Source of the DNA: an uncultured Nitrososphaeria archaeon
Lineage (GTDB): Archaea > Thermoproteota > Nitrososphaeria > Geothermarchaeales > JDFR-13
Assembly (NCBI GenBank): GCA_964437705.1
Contig: CAYTHX010000007.1
Location: forward strand, 2,350 to 66,349
DNA length: 64,000 bases
Reading direction: 5' to 3'
Made by a program: the position numbers and the translations under genes. Of this stretch, positions 51,516-60,490 are shown piece by piece. The notes under the pieces are model-generated. The model saw nothing but the letters and a program-made list of their open reading frames with translations. It was not told the DNA's origin and searched no databases. Numbering within the stretch: position 1 is the first letter of the stretch; every line of letters starts with the position of its first letter.

Positions 51516-51682
51516 GTAAGAATACTCCACAACTTTTTCTAAAATTATAGAAGGCTCCTAAAGTAGGTTGTCAATAATTTTCGACTCATGTAAGTATAAA
51601 TCAAAAGTTTTTCTCATATCTCAGTAAACACATATAAAAGAGAGCTCTATAAACACTATAATAATTGGAGAGTGCTCCATAG

Positions 51683-51778
51683 GGGCCCGTAGTCTAGTGG
51701 TCTAACCCTACATATGGGGACTAGGGATACCGGCCTGTCGAGCCGGTGACCCGGGTTCGAATCCCGGCGGGCCCGCCA
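51683..51778 (+). tRNA. tRNA-Asp(GTC) with 20-nt intron at 21/22 (51705..51724); CCA encoded
   Basis: GGGCCCG/CGGGCCC acceptor, CCGGC-CT-GTC-GA-GCCGG, G73; BHB present. Confidence 0.93.
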
Positions 51779-51831
51779 CTATTAAGCACTGAGACTTTAA
51801 ATCGGTTTTCTAAAGAGCAAAAATTATTACA

Positions 51832-52065
51832 TTATATCTTCTTTTCATCATATCTACAATAAACTACTCCTTTCACTCTCCTCAAAAAGAAGGGACACTG
51901 TATACAATACATTGGAGATATCTTAGCATTTCTCATCGGACAAAATACCAATTCCTTCTTCATAAACTTTACTCTATTAAGTATTCCCATCTCCTTAAGC
52001 TTAGTAGTTATCTCTTTGGGTACTCTCTGTATTTTCTCAGTTTTTTCAACAGGTATCTGTATCAT
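51832..52065 (-). CDS. Small basic Cys-containing hypothetical protein
   Basis: FCPMR...YCIQCPFF...VYC: four Cys, probable metal binding. Confidence 0.7.
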   Translation of the reverse strand: MIQIPVEKTEKIQRVPKEITTKLKEMGILNRVKFMKKELVFCPMRNAKISPMYCIQCPFFLRRVKGVVYCRYDEKKI

Positions 52066-52068
52066 CTG

Positions 52069-52419
52069 CTACTCGATATTATATATCTTTACTTCCCTTA
52101 TAACTTTTTTTAATGCATTCTTAACTTCATCTTCATCCTCAAGAATAAATATAATAACAGCGTTATCCTTCGATTTATTATCACTTATAAAAAGTGCTAA
52201 TTTTTTTCTAAAAAAACCAACATATTTCATGCTGAGAAGAGAAGAGTATGAATATGAAGTGACTTGTAGTTTTCCTAGTAAGCTCTTCCTATATACTAAA
52301 ATTCTTTTAGTCGTCAATAACATTTTCCCATAGTATTTATGATTATCTCTTTTAATTTTGACATCAAAACTTCTTGATAAAATCAAACTTTCGTCAAAAG
52401 ATAAAGTTATCATCACCAA
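52069..52419 (-). CDS. PH-like domain protein
   Basis: GKMLLTTKRILVYRKSLLG...YSSLLSM pattern typical of prokaryotic PH domains. Confidence 0.6.
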   Translation of the reverse strand: MVMITLSFDESLILSRSFDVKIKRDNHKYYGKMLLTTKRILVYRKSLLGKLQVTSYSYSSLLSMKYVGFFRKKLALFISDNKSKDNAVIIFILEDEDEVKNALKKVIREVKIYNIE

Positions 52420-52520
52420 GGATTTAGTAATAAGTTAAAAGCTAATAATGACATACATAATTCTCTGTAGTTAGCTACATCCACATTAATTTGTTTGAAA
52501 TATAAACTATAGTTTTAGAG

Positions 52521-53054
52521 ATGATATTTGAGCTAATCCAAATCTGCAAAACAATATATGATAAGGGATATGTTGTAGCAGCTGGCGGGAATATAAGCTA
52601 CCGTATATCCTCCGACCGTATCTTAATTAAGAGGTCTGGAAAGAGCTTCGGAGCACTAACGCCGGAGGACTTTATTATTATTAATCTTAATGATAGTAGC
52701 CCTGAAGCCTCTATTGATCTACCAATTCACCAAGCTATATACTTAAACAGTGAATTTAAAGCTGTAATTCATGCGCATCCTCCACATACAATTGTTCTCT
52801 CTAATAAAATTAATGAGTTAGAGCCTATCGATTTCGAAACCAAATTAAAGGTGGGTGCTATTCCTGTAGTAAATATTCCTCATGAAAAGCTGTATTTGAT
52901 TATTGGTGATTACGTGAGGCAAGGGTATAAAGCAATAATTGAGAGAAACCATGGAGTATATATATGGGGACGTAAACTTACTGAATGTTTAAGTCTTCTT
53001 GAAATGATAGAAAGAGCAGCACAAGTCTTTCTGCTGAATAAAATGCTTAAGTAG
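52521..53054 (+). CDS. Class II aldolase/adducin family protein
   Basis: GGNISYR, AVIHAHPPH, RNHG metal ligands. Confidence 0.9.
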   Translation: MIFELIQICKTIYDKGYVVAAGGNISYRISSDRILIKRSGKSFGALTPEDFIIINLNDSSPEASIDLPIHQAIYLNSEFKAVIHAHPPHTIVLSNKINELEPIDFETKLKVGAIPVVNIPHEKLYLIIGDYVRQGYKAIIERNHGVYIWGRKLTECLSLLEMIERAAQVFLLNKMLK

Positions 53055-54123
53055 TGTTATGCTGCATAATTTTAGGTAAATTTTCTTCGTATGGTGGGTA
53101 TATAATTCCTTTTTCGGTTATTATTGCTGATACATATTCTGGGGGTGTTTCGTCGAAAGCAGGATTATATACGGTAATATCTGTACTGGTTATTAATCTA
53201 TCTTGAATAGTTAATACTTCCATTTTACTTCTTTCTTCAATAATTACATCTCTCCTCTTGCTATGTATATCTATAGTTGACGTAGGTGCAACAACGTAAA
53301 AGTCTACGTTAAACTTTTTTGCGAGTATTGCTATCTGAAATGTTCCTACCTTATTGTATGTAGTTCCATCCAGAAGGATCCTGTCAGCACCTACAAATAT
53401 CTTATTTACCTTTTTCTTAGCAATAGTAATGCCAACGGCTGAATCACATATTAATGTAAAGGGGATATTTGCATATTTCAGCTCAAAAGCTGTTAGTCTA
53501 GCACCCTGTAAAAGAGGTCTTGTTTCCGTTATATACACTAAAAATCTTTTTCCTCTTTTCCAAGCCTCTATGATCACGCCTAGTGCTGTACCTACACTAA
53601 CTGTAGCCAGAGAACCAGTATTACAATGGGTCATTATTACATCTCCATCACTAATCAGTATCTGTCCAATTTCTGCTATTTTCCTATTTATTTCTATATC
53701 CCTTTCCATTAACTTAAGCGCATTTTTTATGATAGATTCAGCTACATCTGCCTGATCAATAGAATTGGACAATACGTAATCAAGTGCCCATTTCAAGTTA
53801 ACAGCAGTCGGCCTCGTATTTAATATCTTCTCATATGCTGTCTTAATCTCTCTAATTACATAGTCTCTATCCTCATCTTTTAATTTGTATGCAACTAGGG
53901 CTAAACCTAATGCACCAGTAATCCCAATTAATGGGGCTCCACGAACTCTCATAGACTTAATTGCCTCAACGACATCATCTATAGTCTCAAGAAACTTATA
54001 CTCTAACTTTATTGGTAGTTTAGTTTGGTCAATTATCCTTATTTTGCCATCTAGCCATTCGATACTTCGTAAAAACATAATATAAGTAGTGTAATGATAT
54101 CTCAAAAATATTAATGCATTCAC
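53047..54123 (-). CDS. mtnA: Methylthioribose-1-phosphate isomerase
   Basis: MRVRGAPLIG, RPTAVNL, THCNTGSLAT, ETRPLLQGARLTA, GADRI, NKVGT, NPAFDETP. Confidence 0.93.
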   Translation of the reverse strand: MNALIFLRYHYTTYIMFLRSIEWLDGKIRIIDQTKLPIKLEYKFLETIDDVVEAIKSMRVRGAPLIGITGALGLALVAYKLKDEDRDYVIREIKTAYEKILNTRPTAVNLKWALDYVLSNSIDQADVAESIIKNALKLMERDIEINRKIAEIGQILISDGDVIMTHCNTGSLATVSVGTALGVIIEAWKRGKRFLVYITETRPLLQGARLTAFELKYANIPFTLICDSAVGITIAKKKVNKIFVGADRILLDGTTYNKVGTFQIAILAKKFNVDFYVVAPTSTIDIHSKRRDVIIEERSKMEVLTIQDRLITSTDITVYNPAFDETPPEYVSAIITEKGIIYPPYEENLPKIMQHNTT

Positions 54124-54153
54124 GCTGGAAGTACATTATAGGGTATCTTAAAA

Positions 54154-54687
54154 ATGTTGCCAGTAGCTGTTTTAAGAGGTAATAAAGCAATACTAATTAC
54201 AGGAATTGATTTGATTAAACAAAAAAGATTCGGTAAATATGATGAATCTATTCGTAAACTAATTCTATCGCCATTAGAAGTTCTATATTTAGCTGAGCGC
54301 GGTAAAATTAGTATAAAAGATAGGAATAAAAAAGAGTATTCATTTGAAGACTTAGTCAAATATTTCGCGAAATACGATAAAAATATATTTCCAAAGTATC
54401 TGATATATAGGGATCTAACGGATCGTGGTTATAAAGTTATGGATGGATATAGTAGTGATATTGATCTTCTTGTGTTTGATCGGGGAGATTATCCCGAGAA
54501 ACCAGCTAAATATAGGATAATAGGAATCGATGAGGGTAAACCTATAAAAATAGTGAAAATTCTAAGTGAGTTAAGAGAAACTCTGCTAAGTAAAAAAGAA
54601 TTAAAGATAGCATTGATAGAAAGAAGAGGGGAAGTAATATACTATACAGTCTCTTTATTAAAAGGAGGAAAGATAGATGAAGATTAA
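54154..54687 (+). CDS. endA: tRNA splicing endonuclease, probably non-catalytic structural (beta) subunit
   Basis: LSPLEVLYL, YLIYRDLTDRGY, EVIYYTV; catalytic Tyr/His positions not conserved. Confidence 0.8.
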   Translation: MLPVAVLRGNKAILITGIDLIKQKRFGKYDESIRKLILSPLEVLYLAERGKISIKDRNKKEYSFEDLVKYFAKYDKNIFPKYLIYRDLTDRGYKVMDGYSSDIDLLVFDRGDYPEKPAKYRIIGIDEGKPIKIVKILSELRETLLSKKELKIALIERRGEVIYYTVSLLKGGKIDED

Positions 54688-55522
54688 AGGGTTTATTAAA
54701 CTTTTACGTATACCTAATGATATCATGATCGGGGTCGCTGTTATAATAGGTGAATATATCTCTCTGCTTAGTGTACCACATATTTCTAAATTACTATTTG
54801 GTTTCTTCTCTGGTTTTCTTTTCTCAGCAACTATCATGATTTTAAATGATTACTTTGATGTTCCTGTTGATATGATAAATAATCCCAATAGACCTATAGT
54901 GAAAGGAGACGTAACTAAAAGAGAGGCATTATACTCTGCGTTAATATTGTCTATAATTGGCTTATCCTTATCACTTTTTCTCTCAATATATGCCTTCATT
55001 ATAGGAATTACCTTCCTAATGTTAGGGTTTCTATATAATTATAAAGTTAAAAGATTGGGTTTGTTAGGGAACATTATAGTCAGCTTATCTGTTTCTGTAC
55101 CGTATGTTTATGGAGCATTAGCTGTAGATAAATCGATTACATTACTAATCGTAATTTTATTTATAATGTCATTTCTAGCTAATATGAGTAGAGAGATTAT
55201 AAAGGGAATAGTAGACATTGAGGGAGATAGAGCGTTAGGCATAAATACCTTGGCTGTCACACATGGCCCTAAAACTGCATCATTAGTAGCCTCAATTTTA
55301 ATTATACTCGCAGTGATAATAAGTTATATACCTTGGATATACAATATGCTTAATATATATTACTTGATAGTTGTGCAATTTGCTAATTTAATTTTTCTAT
55401 TTGGTGTAGTAAAGATTTTGAATGATCCTAGTAAATCTATCGCATATTTCGTGAAGAAGCTTTTTCTGTATGCAATGGCTGTAGGGCTTTTATCCTTTAT
55501 TGTAGGGACAATAAATATTTAG
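54677..55522 (+). CDS. Digeranylgeranylglyceryl phosphate synthase (UbiA family)
   Basis: NDYFDVPVDMINNPNRP, REIIKGIVDIEGD. Confidence 0.88.
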   Translation: MKIKGFIKLLRIPNDIMIGVAVIIGEYISLLSVPHISKLLFGFFSGFLFSATIMILNDYFDVPVDMINNPNRPIVKGDVTKREALYSALILSIIGLSLSLFLSIYAFIIGITFLMLGFLYNYKVKRLGLLGNIIVSLSVSVPYVYGALAVDKSITLLIVILFIMSFLANMSREIIKGIVDIEGDRALGINTLAVTHGPKTASLVASILIILAVIISYIPWIYNMLNIYYLIVVQFANLIFLFGVVKILNDPSKSIAYFVKKLFLYAMAVGLLSFIVGTINI

Positions 55523-55571
55523 GGAGCTAAGAATTACTCTTTAGAGAATTCTAGTCTTTAAGGGGGTTGCC

Positions 55572-56837
55572 ATGAAACTAAGACTACCACGTGGTATCAG
55601 AGATATAGACCCAGAGACCTACGAAAAATTTGAGTACATTTACATAGTGTTTAGTAATTTGTGTAAAAGATATAATTTTCAAATTATGGAACCCGCAACT
55701 ATTGAACTATTTGAGACGTTATCACTAAAGTCAGGTCCAGACATCGAAAAAGAGATTTATGCTTTTAGAGATAAAGCTGGAAGAAAAGTTGGTTTAAGAT
55801 TTGATTTAACAGTAGGAATAACGAGATACGTAGTTATGCACCCGGAAATACCTAAGCCTGTGAAGCTTGCTGCTTTTGGTGTTCAGTGGAGATATGATGA
55901 ACCGCAACATGGTAGGTATAGAAGTTTCTATGCATGGGATATAGAGATTTTTGGTGGTGACGAAAAAAAGAGCTGTATAGAAGTCTTATTATTTGCCAAT
56001 AGCCTGTTTAAAGAAGTTGGTCTTAAAAATTATGAATTTAAAATTTCCGATCGACGTCTAATAGAATCTCTAGTTGCCAAGTATGTTAAATCAGAAGAAA
56101 AAATACTTGAAACACTTAGAGTTATTGATAAGTACAACAAATTATCACCCAACGAGTTTATCCAAAGTCTCGCAGGAGTTTTGGGAAGTAAGAAGCGCGC
56201 TAATGAGTTACTAAATATAATCAAGAAATCTTTAGATATTGAGGATATTGCTCAATTAGCCGATAAAATCGGATATAGTGGGCCATTATTTGAGGTATAT
56301 GATACCTTAAAGCAGTTATCTGTACCCTTAACAATCGATTTATCGATTGTTCGTGGTTTAGATTATTATGATGGTGTAATTTTTGAGGCATATGATAAAT
56401 CAAATACAAGAGTTGGTGCTATCGCAGGGGGTGGCTATTATTCGAGATTAACACGTGCTTTTGGAGCTGACCTAAGTGCAATAGGTATTGCAGGAGGTGT
56501 TGAAAGGTTAGTACTTGCGTTAGAGAGTAGTGCTATACAAAGAAGAGAACCAACTAAAGTTTATATTACTACCACTGATGATTCCGTGTTTAGCTACGCA
56601 ATTGTAGTCGCAAATAAGCTAAGAAACGCAGGTTTTATCGTTGATATAAACATTTCAAATAGAGGTTTAAGATCTCAGCTAGAATATGCAAATAAGAAAA
56701 GTTTCAAATATGTTTTAATAATTGGTAAAAAGGAAAAGGAAGCTGGGAAGGTTACAGTAAGGCATATGGATGAAAGGTGGCAAAAACTAGTATCTGTTGA
56801 TGAGTTAATTAGTATGTTGAAGGAAGAAGAGACATAA
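55572..56837 (+). CDS. hisS: Histidyl-tRNA synthetase
   Basis: PRGIRD, LRFDLT, RYDEPQHGRYR, RGLDYY, GGGYY, GGVERL, anticodon-binding domain. Confidence 0.97.
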   Translation: MKLRLPRGIRDIDPETYEKFEYIYIVFSNLCKRYNFQIMEPATIELFETLSLKSGPDIEKEIYAFRDKAGRKVGLRFDLTVGITRYVVMHPEIPKPVKLAAFGVQWRYDEPQHGRYRSFYAWDIEIFGGDEKKSCIEVLLFANSLFKEVGLKNYEFKISDRRLIESLVAKYVKSEEKILETLRVIDKYNKLSPNEFIQSLAGVLGSKKRANELLNIIKKSLDIEDIAQLADKIGYSGPLFEVYDTLKQLSVPLTIDLSIVRGLDYYDGVIFEAYDKSNTRVGAIAGGGYYSRLTRAFGADLSAIGIAGGVERLVLALESSAIQRREPTKVYITTTDDSVFSYAIVVANKLRNAGFIVDINISNRGLRSQLEYANKKSFKYVLIIGKKEKEAGKVTVRHMDERWQKLVSVDELISMLKEEET

Positions 56838-56978
56838 AGCAATTTAAGATGTAAAAACTATAATCCGAAGAAGCCTCTATTTAGTTAAATAATTTTCCAC
56901 ATACCTGATAAGTATATAATTACTAATCTTGGGCATATAATCAAGTATCTTTTCTGTTTGATAGAATATGTGGGGTTT

Positions 56979-57099
56979 TGGTGCGGGGGGTGGGATTTGA
57001 ACCCACGAAGGCCTACGCCAGCGGATCTTAAGTCTAGGCTCCAACCCCCTAGTAGGGGTCTTGGCCCGCCCCCGTTGACCAGGCTAGGGGAACCCCCGC
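56979..57099 (-). tRNA. tRNA-Leu(TAA) with 32-nt intron at about 30/31 (57034..57065); CCA encoded
   Basis: GCGGGGG/CCCCCGC acceptor, long variable arm, GCGGA-CT-TAA-GA-TCCGC after splicing, A73. Confidence 0.9.
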
Positions 57100-57350
57100 T
57101 ATCTTTCTCCAAATAATGGTTTATAATATAAAGAGCTAATATATTTACTTTTTCGCCTGTCTTGTAACATAATTTATTTACTACCGCAAATCTCAGTTGA
57201 GCAAAATAATATTTCTTTGCCATCTTACAATGATAGGTAAAAACTATATATTGAAGGATTAGGGTTAATTGTTGTGGATCATTCTTGCGTGATTAAGAAA
57301 ATTATATCATACAGTACATAATGCATTTTATTAGGAAGAGTTCATAATTT

Positions 57351-57444
57351 GCCCCCGTAGCTTAGCCCGGATAGAGAGGAATTTTAGCCCTAGAACGTGG
57401 GCCTTCGGAGCCCAAGGTCCCGGGTTCAAATCCCGGCGGGGGCA
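57351..57444 (+). tRNA. tRNA-Arg(TCG) with 19-nt intron at 24/25 (57377..57395); CCA not encoded
   Basis: GCCCCCG/CGGGGGC acceptor, TGGGC-CT-TCG-GA-GCCCA; relaxed BHB. Confidence 0.9.
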
Positions 57445-57585
57445 CTTCCCTAATACTATTCAGTCAGCAAACTTCTAACATTATTCTGCACTCTGGTAGG
57501 CTGTTATATAGTGTTATTATGTAGCATATAGCTGAGCTAGATAGTTAAATGCAGGTGTACCTATAATTCTTTTATTAGATTAGAA

Positions 57586-58785
57586 ATGATTGAAATTGCG
57601 ATAGTAGGAAAGCCTAACGTAGGTAAATCAACCTTGTTTAATGCTTTAACACTAGCAGAGGCTCCTGTAGCTAATTACCCATTTACGACTATAGACGCTA
57701 ATATTGGTATAGGTTATGTTAGAGTGAAGTGTTTATGTAGAGAGTTTAATGTAAAAGATAACCCGAAGAACTCATTCTGTATTGATGGTAATCGATTTAT
57801 TCCCGTAAAAATCATTGATACAGCAGGTCTAGTTCCAGATGCTTGGCGTGGAAGAGGTTTAGGTAATCAATTCTTAGATAAGATAAGTAAGGCTGAAGCG
57901 CTTATACATGTTGTTGATGCTTCTGGGGCGACTGATAAGGAAGGGCGCATTACGAAGCCAGGTGATCATGACCCAATGGAAGATATAGAATTCTTAGAAA
58001 AGGAGATAATTTATTGGGTAAGGGGGATCCTAAAGAAGCACTGGGATAGAGTTCTGAAGCAATTTAAGTTTAAGCGACAAGAGGTTGATGATGCTATATA
58101 TGAATCATTAAGTGGATTAAAATTTAGTAAGGAGACTATTAAAATCGCACTAAATAAAACTGCCGAGAAATTTGGTGATCTATTAAAGTGGGATGATGAA
58201 GCATTATATGAATTTACAAAGTATCTAGTTAAACTTGATAAACCTATGGTAATTGCCGCTAATAAAATTGACTTACCATATGCTGAAGAAAACATAAAGA
58301 GAATGCGAGATGCTGGCTATGATGTTATGCCTATTAGTGCTCTATCGGAATATATCTTAAAAAAACTATCAAAAAATAGTTCTGTAAAATACTTACCTGG
58401 GGATAGTGAGTTCGTGATTATAGATTCATCGCTTGATAAAAAATTTCTGGATGCATTAACAATTATCAGGAAAAAAATTTTTGAGAAGTATGGTGGTACA
58501 AATGTTCAGCAATTAATTAATCATGTAGTCTTCGATATACTGAAATATATAGTTGTATATCCTGTTAGAAACCCTATCAAACTAACGGATGCAGACGGGA
58601 ATGTACTTCCAGATGCCCTACTTGTCAAAGAAGGTACTACCCTAAGGGAACTAGCATATTTAGTGCACTCAGAATTAGGGGATAAATTAGCATTTGGCAT
58701 AAATGTGAGAAATAATGCACGATTGAGAGCAGACTATCTTGTGAGAAATAATGATGTAATTAGTTTCGTACTGAGTGGAAAATAG
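57586..58785 (+). CDS. ychF: OBG-family redox-regulated ATPase/GTPase (YchF-like)
   Basis: GKPNVGKST, NYPFTT, DTAGL, ANKID, C-terminal TGS. Confidence 0.92.
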   Translation: MIEIAIVGKPNVGKSTLFNALTLAEAPVANYPFTTIDANIGIGYVRVKCLCREFNVKDNPKNSFCIDGNRFIPVKIIDTAGLVPDAWRGRGLGNQFLDKISKAEALIHVVDASGATDKEGRITKPGDHDPMEDIEFLEKEIIYWVRGILKKHWDRVLKQFKFKRQEVDDAIYESLSGLKFSKETIKIALNKTAEKFGDLLKWDDEALYEFTKYLVKLDKPMVIAANKIDLPYAEENIKRMRDAGYDVMPISALSEYILKKLSKNSSVKYLPGDSEFVIIDSSLDKKFLDALTIIRKKIFEKYGGTNVQQLINHVVFDILKYIVVYPVRNPIKLTDADGNVLPDALLVKEGTTLRELAYLVHSELGDKLAFGINVRNNARLRADYLVRNNDVISFVLSGK

Positions 58786-58802
58786 GTAGCTGAAGTAATA
58801 TT

Positions 58803-59060
58803 TTAAACTGTATTATTTTTTTTAATAAGGTTGAGAATAGGTAATATACATCTGAATACATCGTCAATAGTATTTTTAACCCGCATTATGTTAGAGCTTA
58901 TAACTATAACCTCCAGATAATCATCTTGGAAATTAAGTGATATATCCAAATCACTCGGAATATCTATGTTATCTGGAGAAAGTGACTGAATCATCTTTTT
59001 TGCATCTTTTTTCTTCATCCCCTTAATTAAAAATTTAAACGTATATTTACAATTATCCAC
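58803..59060 (-). CDS. pcc1: KEOPS subunit Pcc1
   Basis: SLSPDN...VKNTIDDVFRCI pattern; conserved rps15-recJ-pcc1 order. Confidence 0.75.
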   Translation of the reverse strand: MDNCKYTFKFLIKGMKKKDAKKMIQSLSPDNIDIPSDLDISLNFQDDYLEVIVISSNIMRVKNTIDDVFRCILPILNLIKKNNTV

Positions 59061-60486
59061 GAGGCAGTGCCTCCATTAATTCTGTCACCAAAATATCCCT
59101 TATGTTTTCTGTCTTATTCAATGATGCCCCAGCGGCAACGTTATGGCCTCCACCTACACCACCAACTTTTTTAGACAGATTTCTCATTATAACAGACAAG
59201 TCGAAACCTTGTTTTACTAAAGTTTTCGGAGCTCTGGCTGAAACCTTTATTTTCCCTTCTTCTTCTCCTAGGACTACCACTACCTTATCTGAAAGAGTAA
59301 TGGACTTTGACAATATTGTTGAAATGCTTCCTGTGAATCTAGGATTAAAATCAAATCCACGAAAATCTATAATCGCAATTTTATCGCCATATATTCTTAT
59401 TCTTCTAAGTGCTTCTTCAAGGTATCTGTTTATTAACTTCCTTCTTTCATCTAGTATTCTTTTCGCCTCATCTAGTATTTCTCCACGTGAACCAGATGCT
59501 AATAAGAGTCCAAGACTTTCTTTTTCCATCCTGCCTAACGCACTAAGTATAGACGAGAACCCCTCAGCAGTGGACAGTATATCATCATCCTCTAGTTTTA
59601 ACTCGTAACTTTCTCTAATTAGGTCTTTAACATTTATTGATACTCCAAGGCTACTTAGATACTCTAGAATAACGCTTAGTATCTCCTCCTTCTGCTTTTC
59701 GTTTATATCATCTATAGTTGTATACCTTTCTTCCTTTTCAATTGGTATTCCGACTTTTTCCAAAATGTTTATGCCAACGTCATCTCTTCCTGAAAATTTA
59801 GGAATATATGGTATGAACATCCACGTTAGTGCTCTAAAAAGTGGCATTTTTCTGTTAAGGAAGAATATGAAATCCTTTACATATTCCACTACATTATTCT
59901 TAATAGCCTTATTGACGAAGTACTGATTTATAGCTGAGATGTTATTTTGTAACTGCATATCTCCATAGCCGCCTACAATACCTAACTCTAGAAGATATTT
60001 ATCTTCCTCTTTGGTTGCATAATACGTAATAAGCGCTGACATTATAGCTGTACATGCTGTTGTTCCTCCATCAATATCATAATATTCCGGGTTTACAAAG
60101 GTAAAATTCTCCACGTACTCGTTATATTTCACAATTTTATGGTGGTCAATAATTAGAAGATCCCCATGACTTCCTCTATCCATCCATATAGGAATAACTC
60201 TATCAAGATCGCTTCCTAAGTCTAACATTATGTAGTGATCAGCGGATAAATTAAAAAAGTCAGCTAGGATATTGTCATCTAACTTTGTTGTTGCACGAAT
60301 AACAAAGGGATTATTATTTAGAGCAAAATATCTTAAGAACGCTCCTCCTGCAGCTAAACCATCGGTGTCATAGTGAGTTAGTATCGCTACTTTTCCGTCT
60401 AAATCACGTACTAATCTAGCAGTATCATGTAATTTTCGGAGAAATTTTTTCTCTTGTGTTGAGAATGCATTACTATTACTCTTCAT
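59053..60486 (-). CDS. DHH phosphoesterase, RecJ/Cdc45 (GAN/HAN)-like
   Basis: THYDTDG, LDLGS, IIDHH, GGYGD, DHHA1 GGGHNVAAGA. Confidence 0.9.
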   Translation of the reverse strand: MKSNSNAFSTQEKKFLRKLHDTARLVRDLDGKVAILTHYDTDGLAAGGAFLRYFALNNNPFVIRATTKLDDNILADFFNLSADHYIMLDLGSDLDRVIPIWMDRGSHGDLLIIDHHKIVKYNEYVENFTFVNPEYYDIDGGTTACTAIMSALITYYATKEEDKYLLELGIVGGYGDMQLQNNISAINQYFVNKAIKNNVVEYVKDFIFFLNRKMPLFRALTWMFIPYIPKFSGRDDVGINILEKVGIPIEKEERYTTIDDINEKQKEEILSVILEYLSSLGVSINVKDLIRESYELKLEDDDILSTAEGFSSILSALGRMEKESLGLLLASGSRGEILDEAKRILDERRKLINRYLEEALRRIRIYGDKIAIIDFRGFDFNPRFTGSISTILSKSITLSDKVVVVLGEEEGKIKVSARAPKTLVKQGFDLSVIMRNLSKKVGGVGGGHNVAAGASLNKTENIRDILVTELMEALPRG

Positions 60487-60490
60487 TATT

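Noticed and set aside
56885-57223. 112-aa minus-strand ORF in the ORF track
   Set aside because: It runs through the intron-containing tRNA-Leu gene; spurious.
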